Assembly: GCF_006345805.1 (NCBI RefSeq)
Contig: NC_043004.1
Location: 18,352,001-18,416,000 of the forward strand
Length of the DNA stretch: 64,000 bases
Source: Octopus sinensis
Taxonomy: Eukaryota
Reading direction: 5' to 3'
A model generated the notes under the pieces. The model had not been told where the DNA came from, made no database searches, and saw nothing but the letters and a program-made list of their open reading frames with translations. The translations under genes were made by a program, and so were the position numbers. Positions 11,756-24,490 of this stretch are shown piece by piece (within the stretch, counting starts at the first letter, position 1; each line of letters opens with the position of its first letter).

Positions 11756-13134
11756 GTTGTCATATATTACTGGTTTGATAAGTCATGCTCATATCCATAT
11801 TATTTTTGGTAGCCTGAGGACTTCACATGAGAAGTCACCAGGTGAGGTGAATGAGCTGTAAAAATTGGTGAATAGTAGTAAGAGTAATGTGTATTGTTGA
11901 ATGTCTACATATTTGGTTGGAGTTTTTGTTGCTTTTGTTGTTTTCTTACTGAATACTGTACACTTTGTACACATTAATTGTACATATTTCATTTTAAAAT
12001 TTAGTTAGCAAGTATCTTGATGTGAATTTGTGTGTTAAAACATATTTTGTTGTATCTGGAGGGTCATTATGCCAATAGTAAACACACTCGCTGATTCTAT
12101 TTCAGTTCTTTTAGTATTATCATTAATCAATTGGTTAATCAGTTAGCCTATTAAGCCATTTAATTATTTGATTAATTGTTCAGTCAAGTAATCAATCAGG
12201 TTTGTTAAAATTCTTTTGTTGCCATTCACAAACTCATCAATGGTATACCTTCCCTACTCCAGGTCTGCTTCAAGTCTAGCTGATTGATTAATCAAACAAT
12301 CAATTAATTAATGGGTTACATGGTTAAGCAATTGACAAATAAGAATTAAAGAAGTGAAATATAACGAGTGCATGTGTTTATTATTGGCATAGTGATCCTC
12401 TCAAAATACAACAATAATTATACTTACATTAAAACTTTAAAGAATGAGAAATAAGGAGTGCTTCTCAGAATCTTGCTGTATGTCAGTATACAATAGCTCT
12501 GGTAAATAGAGACCAGATGATTGTGGTGAAGACCTACTGAAAATCCTGTCCAGATTGCCAAGAGAAAAAGAGCTGCTGACTTTGTCCAAACAGTTCTGAC
12601 AGTGTAAACTTACCCAGTGTTTTCTTAGTGACAGTTTCAACCTTTCCGGTCAGTTATGCTGCTTGCATAGGTTTTCGTGACACCCTGTTGCCATCCAATA
12701 CTTTGAATTGGGAGCCTGAGTCGTAATGAATCTATCATTAGCTGATTACAGAACCATGGCTGCCACCCCTATGGATGCATTGCAATTACTTCCTTGATAG
12801 AGCTCGTTCATCCTGACCATTGATCTTCAAAGATTCTTCTGCTCAGCATCAATGTAAGAAGTACCACTGACTTCATTTGATTTCTTCTGCTGCCTCTTCA
12901 CAATCTCTGCCCTAGCACTGGCAGGGTGGCTGAACGGGTGCTATGTCTTGCCAAAGGGCAGCCCATAACTATGCAGGGCATGGCTGTCACTCAGTGAAGT
13001 ATTTTCAAAATACCTGCATACCCAGTTTCAAATAGCTATATACCTTACATCTACAAGCAGTCATTTGAAATGCCCAAAATCTTTAGCCTTGACACAGTTG
13101 TTTGGAGTAGTATGAAGAGCAAGAAGGATAACTG

Positions 13135-13335
13135 TTTAGCATCCACATTATTCTATCAAAAATAATGCTTATTCATTCTAACTGTTTTGAATTAATCATG
13201 CATTATCATGTAGCTTTGAGATTTTGATGAGGTAACTGTTAATTTTTAGAATGATATTGTAGGGTTGGTGTGAGAAACCAGATCAGGCTAGTTTGAACAT
13301 AAAACCGGTAGAATATTTCAACCGGATATGGCCTT
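13135..13335. mobile_element. piggyBac-like MITE family P2 (partial)
   Basis: TTTAGCAT.CA.ATT..TCT.TCAAA..TAATGCTTATT.ATTC...TTTTGAATTAATCATGCATTATC shared with 25147-25330, 26988-27205, 32515-32738 and 60145-60250. Confidence 0.7.
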
Positions 13336-14334
13336 GAGGAAGAAATAATGTTTATGAATTAAGAAATTATATTGTATAGTATTCAATATACTCATATATG
13401 TGGACCTAGGTATTTGCAGAATTTAGACACACACACAAAAAAAAAAAAAATGAGCTCATTTTTGTTTAAATTATGCAAATCACTTTGGTCATAAATGTGT
13501 TCTACTCTTTTTTAGTATAAATCTAAGTTCCTTGGTTACTGAGGATAAGGTTGGACAATAGCTGTGGTGATGATTCTTATTGAACCAAGAACATGCATCT
13601 ATGACAGTCCTCTTATCTCCAGACAATAAGCCTGTCCTTTTCCTTAATGTCCTATCAATTTTAGAGATTTCTTGATTCTTGAGATCATCAAGTGGAACTG
13701 GTCTTCATTCCCATTTAGTACTTATGATACATCCTCCAAAGGTGGAGATAATTTTAATAAATGAAGAATTTATGTTGTATGGTATTTGATACACCTGTAT
13801 TTGTTTATGTTGTTTCAATACATGCCCCTGACCACTCCGAGTTATTTTCCACTTAATCCATTTATGTTTGAATTATGCATAAAACAACTCCAAAGGATGT
13901 AGCATACTAAAAATTCTGGCTTCCTGCAAATGCTCCAGAAATATCACCATGCTTTATGTACATTTACATATTGATTACACAGACAGGATAAGATCAAGTT
14001 CTTTCTTATATCTTTCTCATGTAGCAAAAACCATTTACAGGATGCTTTTTGGTTGTGCTAATAGGTAATAGTTTTCTCTTCGTTATATTTACCTACAGGT
14101 ATTTTAAACTCAAGTGCACATTCCCAAACTGTACCCAAATCTTTTTGTGGCTTCTACACCGATTCTGCAATGAAAGCCATGTTATGAGGCAGGCGTTACT
14201 TTTCCCAACGGCACATACTAAAAGGAGAGGCTTTATAGTATGTTTCTGTATTTTCACAGTAACCGTCATTAGCTTCAACTCCTGCCATCATCAACTTTGC
14301 TGTTAATTTCTCACATGTTGAGAGAAAGGGTACT

Positions 14335-14536
14335 TTTATCTTTTATTTGTTTCAGTCATTAGACTTGCGGCCATGCTGGAGCACCACCTTGAAGGGTTTT
14401 ACTCAAGCAAATTGAGCCCAGTTCTTCTTTTTTTTTAAAAGTCTTATACTTAGTCTATCAGTCTCTTTTGCCAAACCACTAACTTACAGGGACATAAACA
14501 CACCGACACTGGTTACCAAGTGGTGGAGGAGGGAAA

Positions 14537-14572
<36 letters not shown>

Positions 14573-14750
14573 ATATATGTATAGACACACACGTATACAA
14601 TAAGCTTCCACACAATTTCCATCCATCAAGTTCACACACAAGGAATTGGCCAGTTTGGAACTGTAGCAGAAGACACTTACCCAAGGTGCTATGCAGTGGG
14701 ACTGAACCCATAAACCACATGGTTGCAAAACAGACTTCTTAACCACTTGG
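14335..14750 (-). mobile_element. tRNA-derived SINE, family A, abutting a + strand RTE 3' end (14745-14895)
   Basis: Tail TTTGTTTCAGTCATTAGACT.GCGGCCATGCTGGAGCAC to head GGGACTGAACCC..AACCACATGGTTG; then GGCGTTAGGAAGGGTATCCAGC...(GAT)n. Confidence 0.85.
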
Positions 14751-15589
14751 CGTTAGGAAGGGTATCCAGCCGTAGAAACACTGCCAGATCTGACTGGGCC
14801 TGATGAAGCCTTCCAGCTTCAACAGACCCCAGTTGAACCGTCCAACCCATGCTAGCATGGAGAACGGACGCTAAATGATGATGATGATGATGATGACACC
14901 CATGTCTGAACTTGTACATATTTATTCAATTAACCAGGTTCCTCCCCACTCCAAATATTTTGCCATGTGATAATGAAAATTATAATTATTATTATCAATA
15001 TTAATAATAGTTATCAGGATAAGATATATAAGGGGTGTTTGAGTGCTTGTACGGGAAACCTAACTGTTTGTGCTTAAGGCCTCAACTTCCAATTCACAAT
15101 AATTATAATCATCATTATTAAAGAGTGTTGAGATGTAATTCTCGTTATTTTAATTATTATTAATATTATTATTGTTGTTGTTGTTAACGTACTATACAAC
15201 TGCAATGAGTCAAAAAAAAAAATGCCAGATGTTATTAAGAACGTCTAACAGTCTAATAACAAAAATAAAATTCAGTTTCGTGTAATCTCTAACTAGGTTA
15301 GCCAGCAGTCTGAAAAAAAAAAACCAAGATTCTCTTTTAAAGAATTATGTTCTGCTAATAAGATTTGAAACAAATTGTTTTGTATCTTTTTATATAAATT
15401 GTCTTAAGTTTTGCAGGGGGAAAAAAATCTTATATAGAAGGTTATTGTTGAAATAAAAAGTCTACCAACCAAATCAGCATCATCATAAACAGAAAAAGAC
15501 ATATACGTATAGATAAACATAATGTGTGTTTGTGTGTGTGTGTGTGTGCGTGCATGTGTGTGTGTGTGTGTATGTATGTATGCATGTGT

Positions 15590-16240
15590 GTGCATTCATT
15601 GTTTAACATCAGTTTTCCATACAGGCAGGGATTGGAGGTTTTGACAGGAGCTGGTAAACCAGAGGAAGTGCCAAGCTCTACTGTCTGGTTTGGCAAGATT
15701 TCTGTGGCTGGATGCCTTTCCTAATGCCAACCACTTTATTTTATGAGTGTACAGGGTGCTTTTTATGTGGCTCCCGCACCAGTGGGGTCACCAAGTTACT
15801 TACAAGGAAAGACACCCTCAAATGAGAGGAGTGGGACTGAGGAAGGTAGCCTTGTATCAGATGATGAGAGGTTAAACAATGGGAGGCTAAGCTGGTGTCT
15901 TGCTGTGGAGGTACATGGTTAACCCAGATGGAAAGAGAGAGGATAGCAGTGAAGTTGTGGAAGAGTGTACTTTCAATGTACAAGTGGAGTGGTACGGGGA
16001 TTGGACAGGGTGGGTGAGCAGGGAATGCAAAAGGAGAGAAGAGAGAAGGTAGCTGCAGTGAGTGATGAACATTATATCATCATCATCATCATCATCATTG
16101 TTTAACGTCCGCTTCCCATGCTAGCATGGGTTGGACGATTTTGACTGAGGGATGGCGAACCAGATGGCTGTACCAGGCTCCAATCTTGATTTGGCAGAGT
16201 TTCTACAGCTGGATGCCCTTCCTAATGTCAACCACTCAAA
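15590..16240 (-). mobile_element. Two adjacent RTE LINE 3' ends
   Basis: Two CATT/CATC-GTTTAAC.TC...TTCC.ATGC starts (~15595 and ~16080), each followed by GGATGCC.TTCCTAATG.CAACCAC. Confidence 0.75.
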
Positions 16241-16529
16241 GCTACAGGTACGGTTGTGTGGATATGGAGTTCGTTTTGTAACCTCATAATTTGTCTGGCT
16301 TTGCACTTTCAAAGAGGAGTGAAAGAGTAAAAAGAAATGCTTTACTTAAAAAAGATGAGGTTTATTGACAGGGATGGCAAGCAGCCATTGCAGAGCAAGG
16401 GCTCAATAACAACCATAAAGCCCAATACAGGATAGAAATAGAGAAAAATATAGGTGTATGGATATGTGTGAGTGAGTGTTGTGAGAGAGAGAAGGGGGGA
16501 GAGAAAGAAAGAAAGAGAGAGAAAGAGAG

Positions 16530-17500
16530 AGAGAGCTGGTGTGTGTGTGTCTGAGAGCTGGTGTATGAGTCAGTGAGTGTGTATGAGTGAGTGTGTGTGC
16601 GTATGAGTATGTATGAGAGTGTGCGTGTGTATGAGAGAGAGAGAGTGTGTGTGTGTGTGTGTATGAGAGAGTGTGTGTATGTAGGTATGAGTGAGTGTGT
16701 GCATGTATAAGCGAGTGTGTGCGTGTATGAGCGAGAGTGTGCGTGTATGAGCGAGAGTGTGCGTGTATGAGCGAGAGTGTGCGTGTATGAGCGAGAGTGT
16801 GCATGTATGAGCGAGAGTGTGCATGTATGAGGGTGAGTGTGCGTGTATGGGTGAGTGTGTGTGTATGGGTGAGTGTGTGTGTTTGAGCAAGTGTGTGTGT
16901 TTAAGCGAGTGTGTGTGTGTATTATGAGCGAGTGTGTGTATGAGCGAGTGTGTGTGTATGAGTGAGTGAGTGTGTGTGTATGAGTGAGTGTGTGTGTATG
17001 AGTGAGTGTGTGTGTATGAGTGAGTGTGTGTGTGTGTGTGTATGAGTGAGTGTGTGTGTGTGTATGAGTAAGTGTGTGTGTGTGTATATATATGAGTGAG
17101 TGAGTGTGTGTGTGTATGAGTGAGTGTGTGTGTATATGAGTGAGTGTGTGTGTATATGAGTGAGTGTGTGTGTATATGAGTGAGTGTGTGTGTGTATATG
17201 AGCGAGTGAGTGTATGTGTGTATATGAGCGAGTGAGTGTATGTGTGTATATGAGTGAGTGAGTGTGTTTGTGTGTATATGAGTGAGTGTGTGTGTGTATA
17301 TGAGTGAGTGAGTGTATGTGTGTATATGAGTGAGTGAGTGTGTATATGAGTGAGTGAGTGTGTGTATATGAGTGAGTGAGTGTGTGTATATGAGTGAGTG
17401 AGTGTGTGTATATGAGTGAGTGAGTGTGTGTATATGAGTGAGTGAGTGTGTGTATATGAGTGAGTGAGTGAGAGCAATCATTTGTGTGTGTGTGTGAGTT
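16530..17500. repeat. GT/GA/AT-based minisatellite (~16-24-bp units)
   Basis: Units such as GTATGAGCGAGAGTGTGC and GTATATGAGTGAGTGAGTGTGT; source of the His/Thr-rich spurious ORFs. Confidence 0.95.
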
Positions 17501-17749
17501 AGAATGAGCAAGTGTGCACATCAGTTTTCAGTGACTAGGGATTGTGTATTTTCATACAGAGAAGAAAAAAAAGAAGTGCAGAAAAATATTTCGTTTAATA
17601 TACTTCAAAGTATATCTAAAGACAAAATTGATTTCTTTTGTTTTAATTATTCAGAGTTACACTCATAAAATTCATGATTTTCATTCAAACCCACAACACC
17701 CCAACAACTACTATTATAAAAAATTTTTTTTTATATATTAGCTATGTAT

Positions 17750-18165
17750 TTATTCTTTTATTTGTTTCAGTCATTTGACTGCAGCCATGCTGGAGCACCA
17801 CCTTTAGTCAAACAAATTGACCCCAGGACTTATTCTTTGTAAGCCTAGTACTTATTCTATCGGCCTCTTTCACTGAACCACTAAGTTACGAGAAAATTAA
17901 CACACCAACATCGGTTGTCAAGTGATGGTGGGGGGACAAACACAGACAAATAACAAACACACACACACACACACACACATACATACATATATATACATAT
18001 ATATATATATACACACACGTGTTTCTTTCAATTTCCGTCTATCAAATCCACTCAGCCCAAGGCTATAATAGAAAACGTTTGCCCAAGGTGCCACACGGTG
18101 GGATTGAACCTCGAACCATGTCGCTGGTAAGCAAGCTAATTACCACACACCCACTTCTGCGCCTG
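17750..18165 (-). mobile_element. tRNA-derived SINE, family A (full length)
   Basis: Reverse complement of the complete head, spacer and tail. Confidence 0.9.
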
Positions 18166-18414
18166 TTTAACATTTCAGAACACTTGATAAGATTTTATGA
18201 AAAAACAAAGCAAAGAAAACATTTTGTAATTTGTGTCAAAGACTACCTAAAAATATATTTTTTTAATGTCAATTGATTAGCAGTAATGACAGCAGTAGTA
18301 GTAGTAGTAGCAGCAGTAGTAGCAGCAGTGGTGGTTTTGTTTTGTTTTTCACTGAAATGCAGCTCTTTTTACAACAAGCAAAAAATAAACTGATCTAATT
18401 GAGTCAACTGATTT

Positions 18415-18620
18415 TCATATCTCCTCTACTTTAGGCACAAGGCCCAAAGTTCTTGGGGAGGGGGTGACAGTCAACTAGATCGACCCCAGTACACAACTGA
18501 CGCTTAATTTATCGACCCCGAAAGGATGAAGGGCAAAGATGACCTCAACAGAATTTGAACTGAGAACGCGAAGACAGACGAAACACCACTAAGCATTTTT
18601 TCCCAGCGTGCTAATGTTTC
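18415..18620 (-). mobile_element. tRNA-derived SINE, family B
   Basis: AGGCACAAGGCC...GATCGACCCCAGT...ATCGACCCCGAAAGGATGAA..GCAAAG...CAGCGTGCTAA. Confidence 0.85.
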
Positions 18621-18717
18621 TGATGATGATGATGGTGAATCCAAGAAATAAAGACTACATCAACTTGATTTCAACAAAACAACAGCTGGGACAAGCTTCT
18701 ATTTAAATACCAAGTTT

Positions 18718-19090
18718 GGCTCAGGTGTGACTGTGTGGTAAGAGGTTTGTTTCCCAGCCACATGGTTCTGGGTTCAGTCCTACAGCACAGCACTGCAGGC
18801 AAGTGTATCTTACATAGCTTCAGACCAACCAAAGCCAGGTGAGTGAATTTTGTAGACGGAACCTGAAAGTAGCCCATTGTGTGTGTGTGTGTGCTTGTAT
18901 CTGTGTCCCTCCCCCACTGCTTGACAACCAATGATGGTTTGTTTATGTCCTCAAAACTTAATGTTTCGGCTAAAGAAACTAATACACTAAGTACCAGGCT
19001 TAAAAAAATTAAAGGGTCGGTTCATTTGGCTGATATTCTTCAAGGCTGTGCCCCAGCATGGCCACAGTCTAATGACTGAAACAAGTAAAA
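18718..19090 (+). mobile_element. tRNA-derived SINE, family A (full length)
   Basis: Head, spacer and tail recognisable. Confidence 0.85.
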
Positions 19091-19600
19091 GATAACCAAA
19101 CATAAACAGTGGCATGGCTCTGCAAATAGGGAATCTATTTTGTTACCTTGTAGTCTCAAGTGACACCTTGTGAAAGTGTCTTTTACTGAAGCCTTGGGCA
19201 AAGATCAATAATGCCTGGTAATGCAACGAGACCACTGGGCACAGCTGTTTGGATGCTGATGGTTTTGGGATGGCTGACTGTCTTAGCAACAGTACTTTTT
19301 GGTGCTGAAGGCAAACGCACACACACACAGACAAACATGCATGCCTGTGCAAAAATACACACACAAAGATAGAATGAAAGAGAGTGATTGCAATTTATTA
19401 ATTAAACATGATTGGCACACACTTTCCCCCTCTCCTCATAAACAGACAAATAGGCTCCACACAAACAAAAAAAAAAACCGACAGAGAGAGAGAAGAAAAT
19501 AAGATAAATATCGATTTCAAATTTTGACAAGGCCAGTAAATTCAGGAGGGGGTAAATCAATTACAATACCCCCCACCAGTGCATAACTGGTATTTATTTT

Positions 19601-20065
19601 CTATATTTAAGAGATGAGGAATTATGTACATTATTTACATTTGACAGATATTTGTCCTCATCTTGTTTGTTGTTAACACGTTTCAGCTGATATAACCTCC
19701 AGCTTTCATCAGGTGTCTTGGGGAAATTTCGAACCTGGGTTCTCATTCCTAAGGTATTTTTCGATGTTGTAATTATTATTATTATTATTATTATAATTCA
19801 GGTCACTTAACCACTACGCCATATGCCCGTGGGTATATGGCGTAGTGGTTAAGAGCGCGGGCTACTAACCCCAAGGTTCTGAGTTTGATTCCAGGCAGTG
19901 ACCTGAATAATAATAATAATAATATATCGAACACTACCATAGGAATGAGAACCCAGGTTCAAAATTTCCCCAAGACACCTGATGAAGGCTGGAGGGTGTA
20001 TCAGCCGAAACGTTGTGTTAACAGCAAACAAGATGAGGACGAATATCTGTCAAATGTAAATAATG
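19601..20065. mobile_element. Palindromic head-to-head tRNA-head + hammerhead element (family H1, copy 1)
   Basis: Symmetry centre TTAACCACTACGCCATATGCCC-GT-GGGTATATGGCGTAGTGGTTAA at 19829-19830. The arms are reverse complements. An 11-bp direct repeat GTATTTATTTT flanks it (19590-19600, 20066-20076). Confidence 0.9.
19974..20019 (+). ncRNA. Minimal type I hammerhead ribozyme motif (dimer-type, palindromic stem III)
   Basis: GACAC-CTGATGA-A-GGCTG[GAGGGTGTAT]CAGCC-GAA-ACGT-T-GTGTT: stem I GACAC/GTGTT, core CUGAUGA and GAAA, 5-bp stem II, self-complementary ACGU in place of stem III, predicted cleavage after 20014. Confidence 0.75.
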
Positions 20066-20699
20066 GTATTTATTTTATCGATCCTGAAAGAATGAATGGC
20101 AAAGTCGACATCGACAGTATTTGAACTTAGAACGTAAAGACAGATGAAAGGCTGCTAAGCATTTTGCCCAGCGTGCTAACAGTTCTGCCAGTTTGCCTGC
20201 CTTAAATGAGATAAATATTAAGATGAGAGGAACAATAAAACATCTGATGTCAAATGAGTCAACATCAAATCAGCAACACCAAATGGGCGGTGGCAAAACA
20301 GCTGTGCCAAAATGACTCAAACCTGCCTTATAAATAGATTTGTTAGAAATTGTCCAGAAGCCTGTCGTAGATTTGTGAGTGTTTAAAAAGCACTTAGTTG
20401 CAAATGGTGGCATTTTCTGAGATTCCATGTGAAAAATTCATTCACTAGGTTTGCAGTTTGTTTTATAGGCAGGTGAAACAAAAAATCTCTTATATGAAAA
20501 ACAGGTTAGGGTTAACAACAGGTAAGTAAAGCAACCAACTGTAAGACAATGCCTCCATAATGTATCCCTCAAACCCATACTAGTATGACAAAAACAGATG
20601 TCAAACCAACAAACAGATAATGAATGTTATTTATTACTATCAGCTATATCGACCAGACTGTCAGATGCTGTTATATATGGCTAGTTACAATGTACTTCC

Positions 20700-20900
20700 A
20701 ATTCATTCAAGATTGTGTCCTTTTCTATCTTGGCCCAAATTGTTTAACAAAAGCAGTTCCCTATAATCATGGAAGCCTTCTATCTGACCTTTTCCAACCT
20801 CTTGGATACCACTCAGCAACTGCATGGATCCACCTGCTGTCTGTGAAGATAAGTCTGGCCTAGCAAAGTTCATGCTTTCAGTTGCCCAGGCACCAATTGT
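20700..20900 (-). mobile_element. Degraded LINE RT C-terminal remnant
   Basis: Translation SRWIHAVAEWYPRGWKRSDRRLP* resembles the RWT.AV.EWYPR..KR..GRPP motif of RTE-like LINEs. Confidence 0.6.
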
Positions 20901-23900
20901 CTGTTTTGTCATGGTTTCTAGGAATGGATGCCCTTCCTAATGCCAACCACTTAGTAGAATGTATTGGCTGCTTTTACACAGCACAGGCACAAGTGTTTTT
21001 AAGTGGTACAAGCACCCACAAGCCTGCAAGATTAGGAATGCTCATTTGAAGAGCGATGCAAGGGACATGCCTGTATGCAAGGGCAACTGTGCATTTACTT
21101 AGCGTGATGTATCTTCTCAAGCACAGCAAACCATAAAATGTCTGGGTGCTCTGATATCCCCTCCGTGGGGTTCAACATCTGAAGATCGTTTATAGATTTG
21201 GTATAGAGACGTGAATAACACAGTTGAATCACAGGCTGAATACTTCAAAGTAGGTAGGTTTGAAGTGTTTATCATTTCTTTCTTTTGAATTCAAATCTCT
21301 CCATGGTCGACTTTCTTGTTCACAGTGGGGTGGAGTTTGTGCGAGATAGTTCAGTAAGCATACTGATCTTGAGTCAATTAACTACACAATACCAAATCTC
21401 ATACAAAAGTTGACCCAATCTAAAAGGAAAATTATTTCTAAAACTCCATATAATATATATTTTTCACTCAAAAATAAAGATAAAAATTTGAGTGTATAGA
21501 ATATACGATTTCAGGACACAAAGTGATTTTCTCACACACTTTTACAAGAAAACACACAATATTAAAGCTTTTTTATTTTCTTATTGTATTTTTTAAATTT
21601 TTTAGAATATTTTTTATATTATATATAAATACGTTTTCTCTAAAGGAAATATTAAAAAACCAATATGATTGGATTATAGTAGACTATATGTTAGACATGG
21701 TATACAAGGTTTTTAAAACAATTTAAACTCAAAAATCGAGATGCCTAGGGTGAATTAAACATGGGCTTTTGTAAAGTGTAAATAGAATAATATTCCTAAT
21801 GCTTAGAAAAAAGGTTTAAAACCTCAAATAAAAACTAGGTCAGATTATTATATACACTAACAATGATTAAAAAAATTAGTTCTTAGAAACAGGCCTGCAG
21901 TCTACTTAAGAACTTTGCTTCTATCCAAGTAACTTTGGGTTCAGCCCCATTGCATGGCACCTTAGCAAATGTCTTCTACTATAGCTCCAAGCTGACCAAA
22001 GCCTTGTGAATAAATTTGGTAAACAGATTCTAAAAAAAAAAAGCCTCCCCCTGTCTGTTTGTCTGTGTGTCCTCCTTGTTCTGACAGTGTAATTGTTGTA
22101 AACAAGTGTCACAGTCATACGGTGTCATTCATTCTCAAGCTTCTGTGAAAAACATGTCTGGCCATAGGGAAATATTAGCTTGCTTGGAAACAGGTGAGGG
22201 TTAGCAACAGGAAGGGCACCTAGCTGAAGAAAATCTTCCTCATTGAATTCTGCTCAACCCATGCAAGTATGAATAAGTGGATGGTTGAGATAATGACAAT
22301 GATGATGAAACTATAGTGTGACACAGGCTGAAAATTTTGTGGCATTCATGCATTTCACAATCATTTGCCCATCATATAGGAACATACTAATAATACACAA
22401 AATAGGATATCAAAGTAAACCGGTGAATTTGCTTGGACCTAGTTGAAATACATACTCCATTTAACAGTATATGAGGCACTTTTTTTTCAAAAAAAAAAAA
22501 ATCACCCTAGGCCCAACATGTGAAGTTGGTCCCCTCATAAGCTAATTTTGGCCTTGGCACTTTTTTTCTTGAATATATCCTGCTGAAACGCGTGCATCTA
22601 TTATGATCAAATATCTTTTATACCATTAAATACAGTAGCTTTGTTTTGGTTTGAAATAAAAGATTATAATTTTTCTAGCTTTTGTATCACCCTGGAAGTT
22701 TGTATAATAAGAGGCTGAATATCAGAAATGAAATTGCTAGCAAATTAAGGAAAATATTCTACAGCTATTTGGGTTGGCACCCGTGCATTAAGCTTCTCTA
22801 ATTTGTAAACAGCACTTTAGATGGATAAATTTATTGTTCTGGATCACAGTGTGAATTTTCTTAATGACAAACCTTCGCTAAACCAATGTATAACAGCCAA
22901 GGGAGAGAGCACAATCAAGACAGGAAGCAAGGTGTTTAACATGTTATTTGATACAAAGTCAGCGGGTGATGTGAAACCAGCTTAATGATATTGGAGTAAG
23001 CTAATACTTAACACTAACCAAATTTTCCATTGCTTCAAGATATTTTAGAAAAACAATAGTTTCTTGTTACACAGCAAGGTGATCAGCATGTTTATGAGAA
23101 GAAAGTGACCAACCAAAAGTCTGGAACAGATACAAACTCAACTCACCAGTTATGGTTGAACTTTTTGGCCAAGTCTATTGTAAAAATCTTTGCAAGATGG
23201 CTAGTTTTAATAGTCCATTCTGTACTGGATTACAGTAAAAGTCTAATAAATGTAGATTTTTACTATAGAACTACTATATTGTACGTTTATATTATTTTAT
23301 TAAAATAAAGTGTCTAGAATATTTTGCTGTGCCTTGGGATAGACCTGACATAGAGAGGGCATGTCTTTGAGGAGAAGGTCACAAATGACAAAAGGATTTT
23401 GACGAACATAACTGATTGATCAACCAAACAATTAATTAAGCAATCAGTTAATCAGTTAAATCATTGACCAATTAACAGATAAAGAAACTAAACAGAGCCA
23501 GTGTGTGTGCATGTGTTTGTTATTGACGTAGTGACCCACCCAAGATAGAACAAAATCTGTTTCAGCACATCAGTTCACATCAAAATTCATGCAAACCACA
23601 TACAAAAACAAAATATTTTACAATACTTATTTCATATTATATTGCAGTTTGTGAGCAACAACATTGTCAGGGACAGGTTTCCAATGAGCCAATCATTGGT
23701 TCACTTCAGTTCCAACAGCAAAGAGTAACAAGACAGAGTGTTTGTGTAATACAATACTGAAATAATATTCCAAAAGATTTATTCAAAAGACTCCAAAATG
23801 TTAGTTTTTCCTAACAAAAAAAAACCTAGGTCTTTTACTTAAGCCCCAAGCCAACCTATATTTTTTTACCTTTTATCTTTTATATGTTTAAGTCAACAGA

Positions 23901-24108
23901 CTGTGGCCATGCTGGGGCACTGCGTTGAAGAATTTTTAGTTGCTTTTGTTAAACTGCTAAGTAAGGGGGACATAAACACGCCAACACTGGTTGTCAAGTG
24001 GTGATGGGGAACAAAGACAGACATATATGTGTGTGTGTTTAAAAACACACAATGGGCAGCGCTCCAGCATGGCTGCATTCTAATGACTGGAACAAGTAAA
24101 ACAGAACA

Positions 24109-24490
24109 TCTCTCTATATAAACGGCAGTTTGTCTGTGTGTTTTCTGTGTGTCTGTTTTCTCGTACCCTCACCCTGACCACGGCTTTCAACCGATTCTGA
24201 TGAAACTTGACACACACATAGCCCAATGTCATAATTCAAAACTAACGCAGCGAAAATTTTGAAAAGTTCCCCCAGTTCTGAAAAAAAATCGATAAATTCG
24301 ACATGGGGTCGAGAATCAGAAACCCAAACCACAGACCGTCTAGGGGACGCAACTCCACCTTTTTTAACTCTCAAAAAAAATTTACCATAATTTTTTTTCC
24401 ATTTTTTGCTATTTTTTGGCTATAACTCTCTAAAAATGCTTTATAGTTATTTCCCTTACAAACCTGAACAACGCCGGGCGATACTGCTAG
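24109..24490 (+). mobile_element. Non-autonomous Helitron-like element
   Basis: 5' A|TC(TCTCTATATATAAACGGC), 3' GC-rich subterminal segment ...AACAACGCCGGGCG and terminal CTAG|T; inserted in an AT dinucleotide. Confidence 0.75.

Larger units (their letters stand above)
19510..20200 (-). mobile_element. SINE family B interrupted by a palindromic element
   Basis: Left part ends ...GCATAACTGGTATTTATTTT (19600); right part resumes GTATTTATTTTATCGATCCTGAAAG (20066), colinear with intact family B copies. Confidence 0.85.

Noticed and set aside
16362-17521. Long His/Thr/Ser-rich ORFs (up to 371 aa)
   Set aside because: Translations of a minisatellite that is open in several frames; no splice or codon evidence.
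19147-19304. 158-nt minus-strand segment with good splice sites and an open frame
   Set aside because: The peptide is not NBEAL-like and the 3' part is a degenerate family A SINE; at most a cryptic exon.
19831-19900. tRNA gene call for the H1 head (and for other SINE heads such as 3140-3211)
   Set aside because: The acceptor stem does not close and the sequence runs into a repeat body; these are SINE-type heads, not tRNA genes.
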